A stretch of DNA of 64,000 nt from Podarcis melisellensis (Eukaryota): assembly GCA_964234715.1 (NCBI GenBank), contig OZ174275.1; one strand, 5' to 3'. The notes under the pieces are model-generated. The model had not been told where the DNA came from. It made no database searches and worked only from the letters and a program-made list of their open reading frames with translations. A program made the translations under genes and the position numbers. Shown here piece by piece: positions 38,133 to 52,200 of this stretch (within the stretch, counting starts at the first letter, position 1; each line of letters begins with the position of its first letter).

Positions 38133-39848
38133 CAGATGTGCTGAGAGCTGTGATTAAATGGCTTCAGCCTTAAATATGTGGATGTTCCTGGCAACATGTT
38201 TACTTCTGGAGTCTGTGACACTCTGGTTGTTGTTGGACTCCAACTCTCATCATCCCTGACCACTGGACATGCTGGCTGGGACTGATGGGAGTTTGAGCCC
38301 AACAACACCAGGTCTGCCACAGGTTAGTCACCCCTGCTTTGAATGGTCCACTTCTACCCATCATCAAAGGATTTCTGGGCATGTGTGAATGAGCTCAGTT
38401 CTTTGTATGCACATATGATTTCACTTGATTATAAGTGCATTAGTAGATAATTATTAATATTCTAGACCACTTATTTTGGGTCTTAGGTGCAGATATTTAG
38501 AAAGATTTCCATCACCAAAGACTGTTGCACCATTCTAAAGAGTTTTCTTTGCTGACTTTTTGCACCCAAAACACATTGATTTTATTGACTGTGCTAAGTT
38601 AGCAGTTCTGAGGGCTGATGATCATAATTCTAGCATACTGCACAGCTTGAAGAAAGAGATACGTTGAGAGGTTAATGCTTTCAGTTATCTAATTGCAAAT
38701 TAACATCATTCTTTGTAAATGACAAGTAAATGGGTTTTTCCCTTCCTTCTCATCGCAAGTCACATTAAATAGCTCAATTATTTGGGGGACCATTGCCAGT
38801 TTGGTGTGGAGAGGGAGACTAGCCAAGAAATTAATTTTTTTCTGCCTCACAAAGAATCTGTATCTGCAGTTTTTGAAAGTTCTCCTGCAGAAGGATGCTC
38901 AGACTCTTGCCTTCTCTTCTACTAAGAGAAATTAGTCCAATAAAAAGTCACATTATCTGCTTTATGTCAAGAATTCTGGTGACAAATTGCAAGATAATTT
39001 TGAATCACATCCACCTAATTACAACCTCTTTACTTACACTAATGAGATAAATATTATGCTTGGATATCCTCTGTTTTGACAGCTGCAGATGAGTGCAGGC
39101 ACTTAGCAGACTACATTAAAATTAAAGAAAGGCTTGTTTTTAAAGTTGAATAATAATGGAACTGGATTACACAAAGCTGACTGCTTCCGATACAACATTT
39201 CTATACAATTCTGTGACTCAGTCCCAGGAAAAGTGCTGAGAAAACCACTCATTTGCAAAGTGGAACACTAAGATAGCCTCCTGTTAAACTAACATTGTCA
39301 TTAAAGACAAGGATAAAAGTAATCTAAAATGTTACACTCAGGTCAATTTTGGCCACCCATTGTGCTACACCCTTTTAGAGTGGGGTGGTGGGGTGGTTCT
39401 TTTGTCTGGTTCGTGGCCAGGGAGGGACGGGGGGAAAACCTCCCTCCCTGTACACTGCAATGCAGTTGAGAATTGGTTTAGGTAGGAAAAATCCGTATGA
39501 GACTACAAATATAGTGTGACCCTCCACAAAAGGTGTTAGCGCTGTAGCAAGATAAGTGAACAAGAAATGATGTTGAAGTGAAACAGGTTTGGACTTGGCT
39601 GGTTTCTGGATGGAAGACTGTTTGGTAACTGTCTGTTTAATGCCTTTAGAGATTCCAGAATAATAGCTGTCATTTGCACTTACTGATGAAATGTTGGTCA
39701 GTTAATTTCTGATCCAACAAAGGATGGTAGCTATGCTTTCACACATAGTATAGTAGTAGTAGTAGTAGTAAAATAACCTTCAGTGTATTCAATAACGGGC
39801 CTTTGAGCCTTTCTATGAATGTTGCCACACTCAGATTAATAATTGACA

Positions 39849-39911
<63 letters not shown>

Positions 39912-39913
39912 TT
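39849..39913. repeat. (CTTT)n microsatellite
   Basis: Direct reading. Confidence 0.98.
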
Positions 39914-40161
39914 TATTTTTAAAACCCACAATAACTTTCAGGTCTGTTGTAAATATTGATTAGATGAAGATCATAAAGTACTTTGTACATTGTTTTAAAG
40001 TCCAAGGCACTTTTTAATATTCTGTTTGGCAGCATGAATGAGGCATGAAAACTATGGAAGACTTCTGCCAACAATTGGACTGGGTGAAAATGATGCATTT
40101 TCCATTGCTCTATACCAAAAAATAGGATAGATGTTTATATGGTATTATGGTGATATTATTT

Positions 40162-40213
40162 ATACATACATACATACATACATACATACATACATACATA
40201 CATACATACATAC
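40162..40213. repeat. (TACA)n microsatellite
   Basis: Direct reading. Confidence 0.98.
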
Positions 40214-43200
40214 TAAAAGACTTGCACTGTGCAGCATTTTACAGAGTAACATAAGCAAAAAAGCAGAACTTTGCTCCAGGTTTCTCTGCAGTCAGTATGT
40301 AGACAGTGGGGCTGACAACTGAAGAAGAGGTGGAAAAGAAACATGGGAAACAGTCAGGGAATGTGAACAAATGGAGCTCTGTGTTTGGAAGGTGCAGCCA
40401 GTTTGAACCTGGGTCGTCCCTAGTGTGGGCTCACAGTGTGCCAGAATGGGGAGAACATGGGATGCCTCCTGATAGGAACAGAAAGGAGATGCCATGGTTA
40501 TCATGGGGAAAAACAGCTTCCCCCCCACCAACTGCTTCAGAAAGATGCCAATTATGGATGGAATATAACACAGCAATTCTCATTTTGCATGAGTGGCACT
40601 CTCTTAAGCAAATAATCCCACTGATGTCAATGTGACTTCAGAGTGCTTCTCAACTTAACCAATTAGAATATTTATTGTGTCACGCCTCTGTGCTACAGGA
40701 GCTAGCTTCACCTCATTTCATATGAATATTGCATTACTTCTTGGCTTGTCGGTACGAAATTATTGCACATCAGCTACAACTATAGCTGTCTGCCATCTCC
40801 AGTCTTGGGGATTTGCAAGCAATCTCAGCCTTGCAAAATGTGGGCTGTGCTAAGTAGCCTTTTTCTAAACTTCCCATCTGCTTTTGAAATCTACCAGATC
40901 CATCCCCTCCCCAAAAGCTGATTTTTAAAAATGAATTGCATGTATAATACATTTTCCATTCCGTTTCCCAATGGAAAATGTATTTTACCCTCTGTCAAAT
41001 AGAAAATGAGTCCTGTGCAGTATAGGTAACAAGATTAATGAGCCTCGGCACTTATTTCTTAAGTGTATTTTAAAGGCAAGCAGTAACTTTTAGTCCAAGG
41101 GAAGTTTCCATTCCCTTTATTACATTTTTGCATTTGATTTTGTTTGGCAGCTTAAGACAGCAACTTTACATAAAATGGAAGATAGGCTAAGATTGCATGA
41201 ATTCCTATTTCCATGTTATTGCATTCCTAATAAATCATTTGTGGCGAAAAAATTGGGTTCTCTCATCAGCATGATTTGAAACAGACAGCAGTTTATTTAT
41301 GGTCAATTTCTGAGGGTATATACATTGTTCATCAAGAGTCTCCTCTGCTCTCCCTCTGTGCTCCTTTCATTTGATTTTAGATTTTGATTATGAATGGAGC
41401 TATAAAAGCAATCTTCTAAAGCTCATCAACACTAAAACTCTTTGTCCTGGCATCCAAGATCTCATCCATCATGTAGAAATCTATGGACAACTGTGGGCAT
41501 GAACTTGCTGAAAGTATTATGTTTGTGTTTACAAAGTCTTATGCAAAAAGCAATTTTTGGCAAAAGGTCCAGGATGCAATGTGTCGCTGAAAGATGATCA
41601 AATGATCCAGAAATCTGCCAGTAGACATCTATCTTCCAGCAGGTTTACACGTCTTTGTTGTGGATTATTTTACTGCTGGTGGATGCAAGAGGCTCCAGAC
41701 TACTGCAACCTCATATGTGAATATACCATTTGATGCTGTGATTATGACCAACCCAGACAACATGGTCCTGTACAAGGAACTGAGACAGACTGAAAAGCCT
41801 TACTGCTGATCTGACCACCAGGCATTCTAAATTAGGTCAGATATCAATAGGTATAAAAAGAAAATGCTATCAGTTTTCACCTGTGGAACAGGCCTGGAAA
41901 TGAGCTCTGAGCCCTACAGAAGAGTTTCTTATGAATCACCCTTGAAGTATTTCTATGAAACATAGAAATTGCCTTATAACAAGTCCAAATGGCTCAGTAT
42001 TGTCTATACTGACCGGCAGAAGTGATGGGGTCTCTCCCAAGGCTACCCAGAGGCCCTCGGGATTGAAACCAAGACTTTTTGCTTGCAAAACAGATGTTCT
42101 CCTGAGCTATGGTCCTTCTCTGAGTGAATTATTAGTGGATGACACATAGATTCCTGTGCTAGAGTTCACACAGTGCTATATTAGCAGTTCATACATCTAC
42201 TTGTGCAAGAGATTGTGTAATATATCACACTACCTATGTTGAACAAGCAGATGCACATCAGAGTTTTGGTCTTCTTGCCCTATCCTGTTGCCAGCGTGTA
42301 AAGTTGCCCTCATGGGAGTGGAAGACACCTTCCACATGTGGTAGGTCATTTCCAGACTGCTGTGCTCATTCCTAGATACAGATTTTGCAAAACACTACTA
42401 TATTCTCTCATTATCTGCTAAAACCATTTGAGTATGTGTAACATGTTTAAAATAACGAAAATACAAATATTATGGCTGATAATTATTCTATATAACAACT
42501 AACCATCATCCTTTCCTTTCTTTTTGAAACACACTTTCTGATGTTTTCTGCTGTCGCCTTCCCTAACATTGTATTGATTTATTTAACACATTTTTATCCT
42601 GTTCTTCAGCCAAAAACAGGGACCTGGAGCAGCTTACAAATGAAAATGAAAAGACAGTCCCTGGCCTAAGGCTTAATGCAGACTTACAAAGATGCTCGTA
42701 AGTTTGTTCAGATGCACAGCTCTGCCCTCACAAAGCATAGGAGCAAACTCCCTAAAAAGTTCTCCACTTCTTATGGATGGAGCTTCTGAAATATGAACCA
42801 TCAGTAACAACTTTGCTCAGGTTGCAACCATTTATGCTTCACATAAACAGCTCTTAAATCAAAACCTTCTCCCAATAGAAATGCAACCAGTCAAGGTCAC
42901 TTCATCAAGCGCTTGGCTTGTGCATTTGTTTCCTCTTAGGATACTAGTCATCTTTTTCAGTTTTGTTTTTCCAGTACATGCTGCATATTTTCTTACGGGT
43001 TTGCAGAGCGGAGCCTCACATTACCTTTAATAATAGGGGACTGTTTGTGTAGCAAAATGTACATCAAGAATGAAATGAAAATGGGGGAGACTTTGAACAA
43101 TTTAGTACTATGTTGCCTAGCTGTTAAAATAATTGTTGCTGATTCTTTTGTAAACTAGCTGCTGTTATACAACATATCACAGAAGTGATTGTTTTTTTAA

Positions 43201-46176
43201 TCACTCCTAAAGCTTACAGAAACGTTATCTATGTAGACACCTGAAATCTGAGTTATATAGCTAGGTTAACCTGGTGTTAACGCACCTTTTTGCTGGCTGC
43301 TCAAATAGTTAATAAAAGACTAGAAATCTGTCCAGTGACTTGGAAATATTATGGACTGGAAAACTGAGGGGCATGAACACCCAATCTTTCCAAATGGAGC
43401 ACAGTGATAAAACTCTTTTAAAAAAATCAAAAAAATGGAATGGTGATACTTTGCATACTTTAAAAAAGTTCCTTTTGTTGTCTCTGTTTCAGCCATCATG
43501 TTTAATGAATCAGGTTGGGTCATACATAGCCTAGAAGACAGTATGTTATTTATTGAATTTACTGTATTTCCTGCTGTTTGTCCAAAAGGAGCCCAGGGTG
43601 GCAAACAATAAGTGATTAGCAATTAGCACATGGATTCCTAAAAAGGGTTGGGAAGCAGGGTTCTAGTCTGACTCCAACAAAATTTCAGAGTGTTCTGCCC
43701 TGACTATAACTTCAGAGAATAAAAACCTTATCACACAAAATGGGGGGGGGGGAATCCCTCCCTTGGAGATGTGTTTTGGAGGTGAAATGGATGGGGAGCA
43801 GGAATGGAACACACAGAATCTTTTTCTGTTTAGTGAGTGGAAATCCTTCCCCACAAATGTCTCCTCAGCACCAACTTTGCTAAGTTAGGACAAAAGCGAA
43901 ACAGCTCCCTTACTCTACGTCAGTTGATTGTGGTGGCTGGTAAGATTTTTACTTGGTAGGGCTGCAAGTTTTAACTTTACAATATTTATTTATTTTTTCA
44001 GCCCATGAAATTTATGCACTGCTCAAAGTGGTTTACAAAAGGAATGAAACAATACAATTATGAGCAAGAACCATTAAACATTCAAAAAATTAAAACCAGG
44101 ACTTGCACACCACTTATTTAGGAAAATGTGCCATTAAACATATGCAGAATTCTATTGTCCTCTCACTAAACAAAATATCAATCATTCTCTGCACATCTAT
44201 GGACAGAGGAGGAGATTTTGCTTAAGAAGATCCAAGTATGATATTCAGACTCCATAGCTCTTATTTAGAAATCAAGCCATATCATATGGCATATGTTTTT
44301 CAATTTCTGTATTGATTACACCTAACATCCATTGCCAAAAAAGCTAAACAAGCACAAAATGCTTTAAAAATAGAAGAAGTAAGTAACACTTGCTTCCAGG
44401 TGCTTGCAGTTTTCCTTGCCCCTAAAGTAAATGTAACTTTTCATTTTCCAAAACATTTTCCACCCTTTAAATTTGAATCAAGTATTCCAACCAACAGAGT
44501 AAACAATGATTGCTTCATTTGAGCCAGGGCACATCAGAGCGCATCAGAATGTATTTACAGTGCATGGCTCAGTCATGAAAATGTGATGTAATAATATATG
44601 TTCGTGTGCAGAGTATATCACACTGAAGTAATCATAATCAACCTCTTTTGTCTGAGATTAGGAAGAATATCTTCAAGGTTTGATGAAGGATGTAGAATCA
44701 ATCAGAGTGACACCCAGACAGGCATAGAGCCCAAACTTTTCATTTTACAAATTCACTGGGGGGCGGCGGAAACAAGCAAGAAATAAGAGCAAGAACATTT
44801 TGCTCAGTTCTGCAGTCCATAGGCTTGCCATACATCTGAAAAATTCTGGACATGTATGGAAATCAGATGTCTAAAATGGTGGCTGGCAGGAAATTTTTGA
44901 ATTTTAAGAGATGTCCGGAATTTCCTGCATGTATGGAAACCCAGGTATTTTTTGGTTTTCTGTTTGTGTGTATGTGTGTGCCACCAAAGCTTTCTGTCTT
45001 GCTTCAGCCACTATCTGCTTCCCTTTTGGCCCTGTCCTCTGCCTCCTGGCACGTCTGCTTGGCCCACTGCTCTGGCTCCACCCACCATATTGCCACTGCC
45101 TTTGGAGGCAAGAGAGAGTGATGGATGAACGCAGGCATGGGTGAGGCAAAGCATTCGGCAGGGAGAGAGCACCTCTCTCTCTCTGGGTTCTGGGGATGGA
45201 AATCTCCCCTCTTTGATGGGGGTCATCTCCCCTCCTTGACGGCCTCTTTGGTCCTTCTCCCCCGAAGGTCTCTGGATCTCTTCCCCAGCTTTGCACCCCT
45301 GCATTCTGGGTTCGCTGCTCCAGCAAAGCCTTTGTGCTCCATCCCTTGTACATGGGGTGGGGGCTGCAGCCTAGGGCTGGGCGCAGGGCTCTGCTGAGGC
45401 CAGGGCTGTTTTTTGCTGCCCTTCTGGGCTGCCTCACAGCAGCAGCAGGAAGAGGGAGTCAACACTTTCTCCACCCACAGCTGAGTTTGAGGCAGGATAA
45501 TATTTGAAGCCCTTCACAATACATCTGTTTGTGAGGCGCGATATATAAATAACCGACAGGATGGTGGGCAGGTCGTCTAACCCTATGCATATGTACTGCT
45601 GTGTTCACTGGGGCCTATTCCTATGCAAGTGTGAACAGGACTGCAACCTAAAGATGGTTTTTAGAAAGCTGATGAGCTCATCCAAGTCTGCTATCTTTTC
45701 ACAATGTTTTATTGTACAAGATCTCACAAAACTAAATGCAGCCCATTAACCTTGTATGGTCACCAGTTGCAGATGGCATGGTGGGGCAGAGGCAGTGGAA
45801 ATGTATCAGCAGAACCAATCTGGCACTCCTGCCAATGTGTTTGCACTGTATCACCCTCACTGCCTAAGCAGCAGTAACTCACCTTCTGCATGGTCAGGTA
45901 ATTGCCTCTGCACCACCACACCATCTGCTACTGGTGGTGACTAGCAGGGTTTGACATACTCCCTTGCTGTCTGCCTGGGTTATCTAGCTCTTGGTAAGTC
46001 TCAGTATATGGTTGATTACCTGCATTTAGCCTTTGTGGGTCAGGCTATGCAGCCCCGCATGAACAACTTTCTGTAATTGTAGACTCTAGAACTATAGAGC
46101 CCCGTGCAATGTGTGCAACTGAATGCACAATCTAGAGAAGCAAAATGCAAAAACTAGATAAATGCAGTAAATGCAC

Positions 46177-46177
<1 letters not shown>

Positions 46178-46207
<30 letters not shown>

Positions 46208-46249
46208 CTTCTTCTTCTTCTTCTTCTTCTTCTTCTTCTTCTTCTTCTT
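46178..46249. repeat. (CTT)24 microsatellite
   Basis: Direct reading; source of the spurious poly-L and poly-R ORFs. Confidence 0.98.
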
Positions 46250-49200
46250 GTTAAAAAGCAGCTATCATGCAATTTCTTTGTTGCAAGCCTAACTCTTTCC
46301 ATTGTTTGGGAACAAAACATTGCACTTCTGGCATAGGATCAAGATTAGCTCTACTTCGGCACTATATAAACCTAGGCGTTCTTGATTCACATGAAACACC
46401 CTGAGGGAGTTTTGTACAATTGGTTTTGCGCAACTAGTGAATTACAGCTTCATAAGTGACATCACAAATGTGGATTTCATTATTTTTGTATATACAATCG
46501 ACAGTGGCTACCTTGAAAAAATAGATAGCTAATCAATTGACTACTTTAGCAGTTCTAAAAATAAGTGGCTAAGCCTTAGGCTACTACATACCGAGAGCCT
46601 GTAAGTTCAAGGACTAGATAAAGAAGCTGCCATTTTTATTCTGAATGTTAATCTTCAAACATAGCCCATCCCCCTGCACAGTTTGTTATTGTCAGAAACA
46701 CTGTTATGTATATTGTGAAGTAAAAATAAGCCAAGATGGGGAATGTTTTAGACCAAGGTAATAGAACTGTACGAGAACAGAATAGAGATGTTTTAATCAT
46801 GCTTGCTGCTGATCTTTATATGTATATGTATATAAAATTATTAATCTGAGTAGTTAGGGGGGAAATGACACAATGACAGTTAATTATAAGTAATCCTGCA
46901 GCACTTCAACACAGACTAATAAGAACAGAGAGCTCTGCCAGCAGTTGGTTATATCCTCAAGGGGGAAAAGTGATTTATTTTATTTTTTGCCTAAAATAAT
47001 TTCACTTGCTTCAGATTCAAAACTGAAGTATAATTTGCTTAGTAAATATATCAGATGATTGGTCTCTAGTACTTAGAAAATCAAGAATGTAAGAAAGGAA
47101 CTGGTTGCTTAGATCTAAATGCCTGTGGAGGTTTTTCAAGAATCGAAGTTGGGAAAGAGACTTATCCATGTCTTGCTTTATTCAAATAACCACAGCAGCT
47201 GAATAAAAACCCTGCCCCTTCTCAGAGGACTGTGCCCATGCCATCATGTGGGATGAGGGACTGGTCACCATTTAATTTCCACAATACAAGCAGAAGGTTC
47301 ATGGATCTTCTTGGACTCCATTTGTAAAGAGACAGATCAGACCCTTGTGCTTCCTCATATTATCTATAACAGAGGTGGGCAGAAAGTAGAACAGATTCTA
47401 CTGGCAGATCTCTGGGTGATTTGCAGTAGGTTTACAAAGATTTCTGACTCCCAATGATTTGACAATAGCAATAAATGAAAAAGGGCTCCGACTCAAATTT
47501 TGCTGTTGAAATTAAGGATGCTTAGGAAGATGAACCCAGTCTGGGTTTGTGGGTGACAGAAATGCAAGCTGTGTTCTGTTACTGAAACCAAACTCCCTGG
47601 GCTAAGCATTGCTCAGAGTTATCCATTTCTTAATTCTAAGTTTATGCCTGCTCCATGAACCACTATGCTTCACTAAAACCTGGCTGATGATCTTGGGATT
47701 CTAGCTAAAACCTGAAGGCAATCATGTAAGATAGCAGTCTGATCACTCCTATTCTCTAATTCTTAGAGAATTCAAAGAAAAGGTGTTCATCCAAGGAGGA
47801 GGTCTCTTGCTATCTAAGAGCTGGTAAAAGGATTTGTGGAGCTTTGTGTATATTCTTTAGTGGATTTTAGTCTTACTAATCACAGGAACAATGCTTTATT
47901 AATTACCACTCCTTTGTGAGAAGTTGAGCACTGTTAATCCCCACAGAGCCAGAAGAGGAGAGGGCTTGCATAGCACCTTGAGGCTTCTATACAACGTTGG
48001 TCAGACTTTCTGAATTTGGCTCCTTTTTTATCTCCTCCTAACCTAATATTAGTAATCTGCTGCATAAATAAGCATGTGGAGATACTCATCTTCAGTTGCA
48101 TCCAGCCTGCTACTGCATGCAAGCATCATATAAATTGGAGGTAAACAGCAAGAGGAGTATTAGAAGAGAGAGATCACAGGACACATCTGATTCTTTATTA
48201 AAATAGCAAATCAGGAAGGAATCATCAGCAGAATAAAAAAAAAGCTCTTCCTGAGATTATTTAACCCAAAATCAGTTTGGGTTCATAAGGGCACTGGAGG
48301 TGCAGTCATCTCCACTAATTCAAAGGAAATCAGGAAGGGTCCTCTGTCAGATGGATATGGGAAGCAAGTCCCCACATGCTGTAGAACCTTATTCCCCCTC
48401 CCCATGTAATTTGTGCCCTCCATTAGGTCTCCTATAGACCCCAGTTTGAGTATCACTGGCTGTAATGATCCAAAGATGTTTGAATTCCACTCTTGCATAT
48501 TTCCCTCATAAAGATCATCCTGACTTCCTAACAATTAATGCTTGTCTTCACAGTACCATGGACAGCTCCCAAACACACGTTCTGTGTTCTTTCTCTTAAT
48601 CCATGTACTTAGGAGGCGATCATTGAATCCCAACCTAAAAGCTTTATTCTACATGTTATTAAATTAGTGGTGAGATTCCCGTATTGCAAGTGGCTGGACT
48701 AGATGACCCTCAGGATCCCCCCTACAATTCTACGATTCTATGGGTGTATGATTCTATTTTTAAGAAATACTAGTTAATTTTTTTAAAAAATAAAAACAAC
48801 CTTTTTGAAGCATTGGGCATCCCTATTTATTAAATTATTGTATTAGTGCTCAGATATTCATGCAAAGGCAAGCCTGCCCAATCTGCAAGACATCAAGCCA
48901 AATAAATATAGTTCAACAGCAGTAGAACTGCCCAGACTAGCAGGAGAAACATGGTGTTTATGAAGCTGTCATGCATGGCTGGTGTGCTGTGCTTGACTTC
49001 ATGGGTTTCAGACTGTGCAGGTCTGATGTAAATATTTTAAATACCATTTTCTTATATGATCCATATAATTCCAAAGTCAGCTGTGCCTACCCTCTTATAT
49101 CAGCCATTCCCTCTTTCCATAACAGATTTGAGTTTTCAATGCAAGGTTATTCTGACTGCTCTATCTAAAATTGTCACACAAAGGCACATGTAGGGAGCCT

Positions 49201-52200
49201 GGTTTACAATTATACAATTGCTGGCAATTTCAGTATTAGACTCCAAAAGGCCTTCAAAACTAGAAAAGATTAAATTGCACTGCTGTCAAGAAGTCTGCAT
49301 AATCAGGGTCATGAAATGCTATGCAGAAAACTCTTTGGAAGAATTATATTAGAATTTTAGGGTTGGTTCACACATACACATGATTGGCATGTGTGGATGA
49401 GCTATCAGATTAAGCTCTATTTTCAATATAAGCTCACATCATGAGAATCCCACCTTTTTCTGTTTAGTTAATTCAGACACACCAGTTGAATCATCAAGGG
49501 CTGAGTACTCAAGTGACCAGAAACCAAGTTTATGTACATGCATATAGGAATCTTGCACTGCCTTTGAAAAAGAAAACAAGTTTCTAGACCTTCTGGTTTA
49601 TGGAGAAGGTTTTAAAGTCTGCTAATGTCTTGGAAGTAAAAAAAAAATTAAAAAATTCTCCTGAACCATAACTTGCTTTTCAGGGACAGTCTTGTCAGAA
49701 CAGGCATAAGGCATCAAGGATGAGACAGGGAATCCCAATGATTCCCTTACAGCACAGGGAGTGGCTGTAAAACACCTGTCCTTTTCCCTTTCAGTTTGAA
49801 GAAGTAGGGTTGACCTCATTTCCCTCTTTGTCTTTGCACTGCAATCAACAGACTCTGTTGCCACTGATTGAAATGTTGATCTAATCCTCAGTTGTGCCAC
49901 TCCACCATGCTTGTGAGGAAGGAGGTTTCCTGCCTTTTCTTTTTGATTAAAAGCACCACTTGCATGTTTATGCAAATGAAAGTTATTTTGAAAAACAAAC
50001 CCTCTCAAACATCTTTTTAAAAACTTTGGAAAAAGTTCTCTGGGCTGGGAGCATAGATTCAAAACATCACAGGCACCCCTCATTCTGAATTTTATACCAC
50101 AAAGTTTCCCATTGAATTGGCAAATGGCAAAACTCATTTTCCCTAGTGGTGTTGCCAGTACCCATAATTAGCTTGGTATGTATAATTTAATTTATTTGGC
50201 TCGTAACGCTCAGCTATTATGTTCCCAGACACATCTTCTCTGATATTAAAACAGATTATGTGCATTTAGACCAAGAGAATTAGAGTGGTGATACTCTTTA
50301 ATGTTAACCACTTATTCTCAATTAAGCCTTCAGTAAGCTTTCAGTAATTGCTGTGAATACATGTCAGGATCACTCAGATAAGCAGCTTTTTGTTGGGTGA
50401 GTATCCTGACTATTTGGGCTGCCATACATCCAGAATTTCTAGGACATAGTTGTAAGCAGTGTCTGGATGGAAAACCTGAAGCAAAACTAAAAAAAGCTCA
50501 ACAACTTTTGTGTCCAGACATCCACTTTTTGAAATATGGCAACTCTATATTTGGTTAAATCAATAAACTCTTTCATTCCTGGGAACATTTTTATGGGGTC
50601 AGAGTTGACTTTCCAAACAGCAAACCACCATGCATGATGCTACTAAAAGTGGATGCAGAGCAGGTGAAAATAAAGCAGTTTCCAGAGATCTTCAGTTACA
50701 TCATTAATGTTCCATCATGCACCATGCACAATGTCAGGTTCAAAAACTAGTTTCTGAGGTTGATAATGATTTTTAATTTTGTCTCCATTCATAATGGAGC
50801 CCTGCTTTGAAATAGGTGAGCTGTGGGTCATGTGAAGCTGGTTCAACTTCTCCAGGGAACTTCTCCGGGGAACTTCCAATTTTTCTTCCAATTGCTCTTC
50901 CTTCCCTTGCCTACCGCCAGCACCACTGTGGTCAAACTTTATAATGCTTCTTCATGCATCCTTAAATATGGTATGAACTATGAATCACTGGATGTAAATA
51001 AATCTGGTGGTACTTGCAGGCATCCATGTTTATGCACAATATTGATAAGAAAGCATGAGGAGAGGAAGTGGAACTGCAAAAGCCAGAAGAAGCTGTAGCA
51101 ATGATTGCTTTGGTGAGAGAGGCCAGGAATGTGGTTGGCCCTTCTGACAATGGATACCAATGTCCTGGAGCAGCTTACATGATGCAATATTATTCCATTT
51201 TATCAGAACAGTAATAAATCAGAGGAAGAATATACTTGAGAAGTAAATCTGAGCTTGACAACAGGTAGCATGCAGCCACCCTCTCTAGCTGTATGTTCAA
51301 GACTCCAATCAGGAAAGGTTAATAGCTTGTGAATTTCTTTGCCAGGCTTCTCTTGTTTTGCATGGCAGGTACAATTCCTGCCCTCTTAAAATGGTTGAAT
51401 AATTGGGGAGGGGAAATACATTGCTTTAGGCTGCACTTTACTAATATTTCATTTCCTCCATTCCCCAGCATCTTTGATACATAGCCCATCAGGGAGACAG
51501 TGTTGACCACTGTACTTTCTAATTGTCCTTTTCAAGTGTTGTAATACTTGCTATATATTAAAAACAAACAAACTCATAGCAATAGGCTTCCCAAATATTT
51601 ATCTCTCTTCTCTTGTCACTGATAACTCAAGTTTTGACTCATAACCTTGTAATACAACCTTTTTTGTTACGTCAACACTCTTTACTGGCAAATCACCCAC
51701 CAGTAAAGGTGTGGTATGGTAGGGTGGAAAGCCAACAACAGGTGGAGCCAGAGTCGATGGTAGACAGAGCCAGAGACAATGAGAGGCAGAGCCAATTAAA
51801 TCCAGCTTTGCTCTTGTCATCCTCCTTGGTGAATTCTGCAAGGGCAACACTGAGACCAAGGAGAAGCAAGCTGACAATGCCATCCTTTTGGAATGGACAT
51901 AGATAGGAAGGCAGGCAGGCAGCTGGCTGAGGCTGGTGGGGCTGTGTCTGATTTGGATCAACCTCCACTGGTAGAAGGACAAGCCAGTGTGATATCATGG
52001 GTAAATAATGTTTAGTTGGCAGAATACTTCTGTGCTTTAAATATATAGCCAAGAAAACATGTATACTTAGCTTTCTATGAGGACTGGCCCTTACATGAAG
52101 CAGAGTAAAGATACCCCCTTGAGTGACAGATGCAGTGAGTGGTGGCAAGGTGTTGGAGCAACGTGTGCCAGGTGGAGGACACTGTCCCATCACCAGTGCT

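Noticed and set aside
41400-41900. Possible ancient RT remnant
   Set aside because: Motifs too degraded to support by eye.
44904-45480. GC-rich stretch with a 177-aa ORF
   Set aside because: No protein similarity recognised; shares a ggtggagccagag motif with the MITE-like segment at about 51700-51969, so likely repeat-derived.
46132-46336. ORFs with poly-Arg and poly-Leu runs
   Set aside because: Translations of the (CTT)24 microsatellite.
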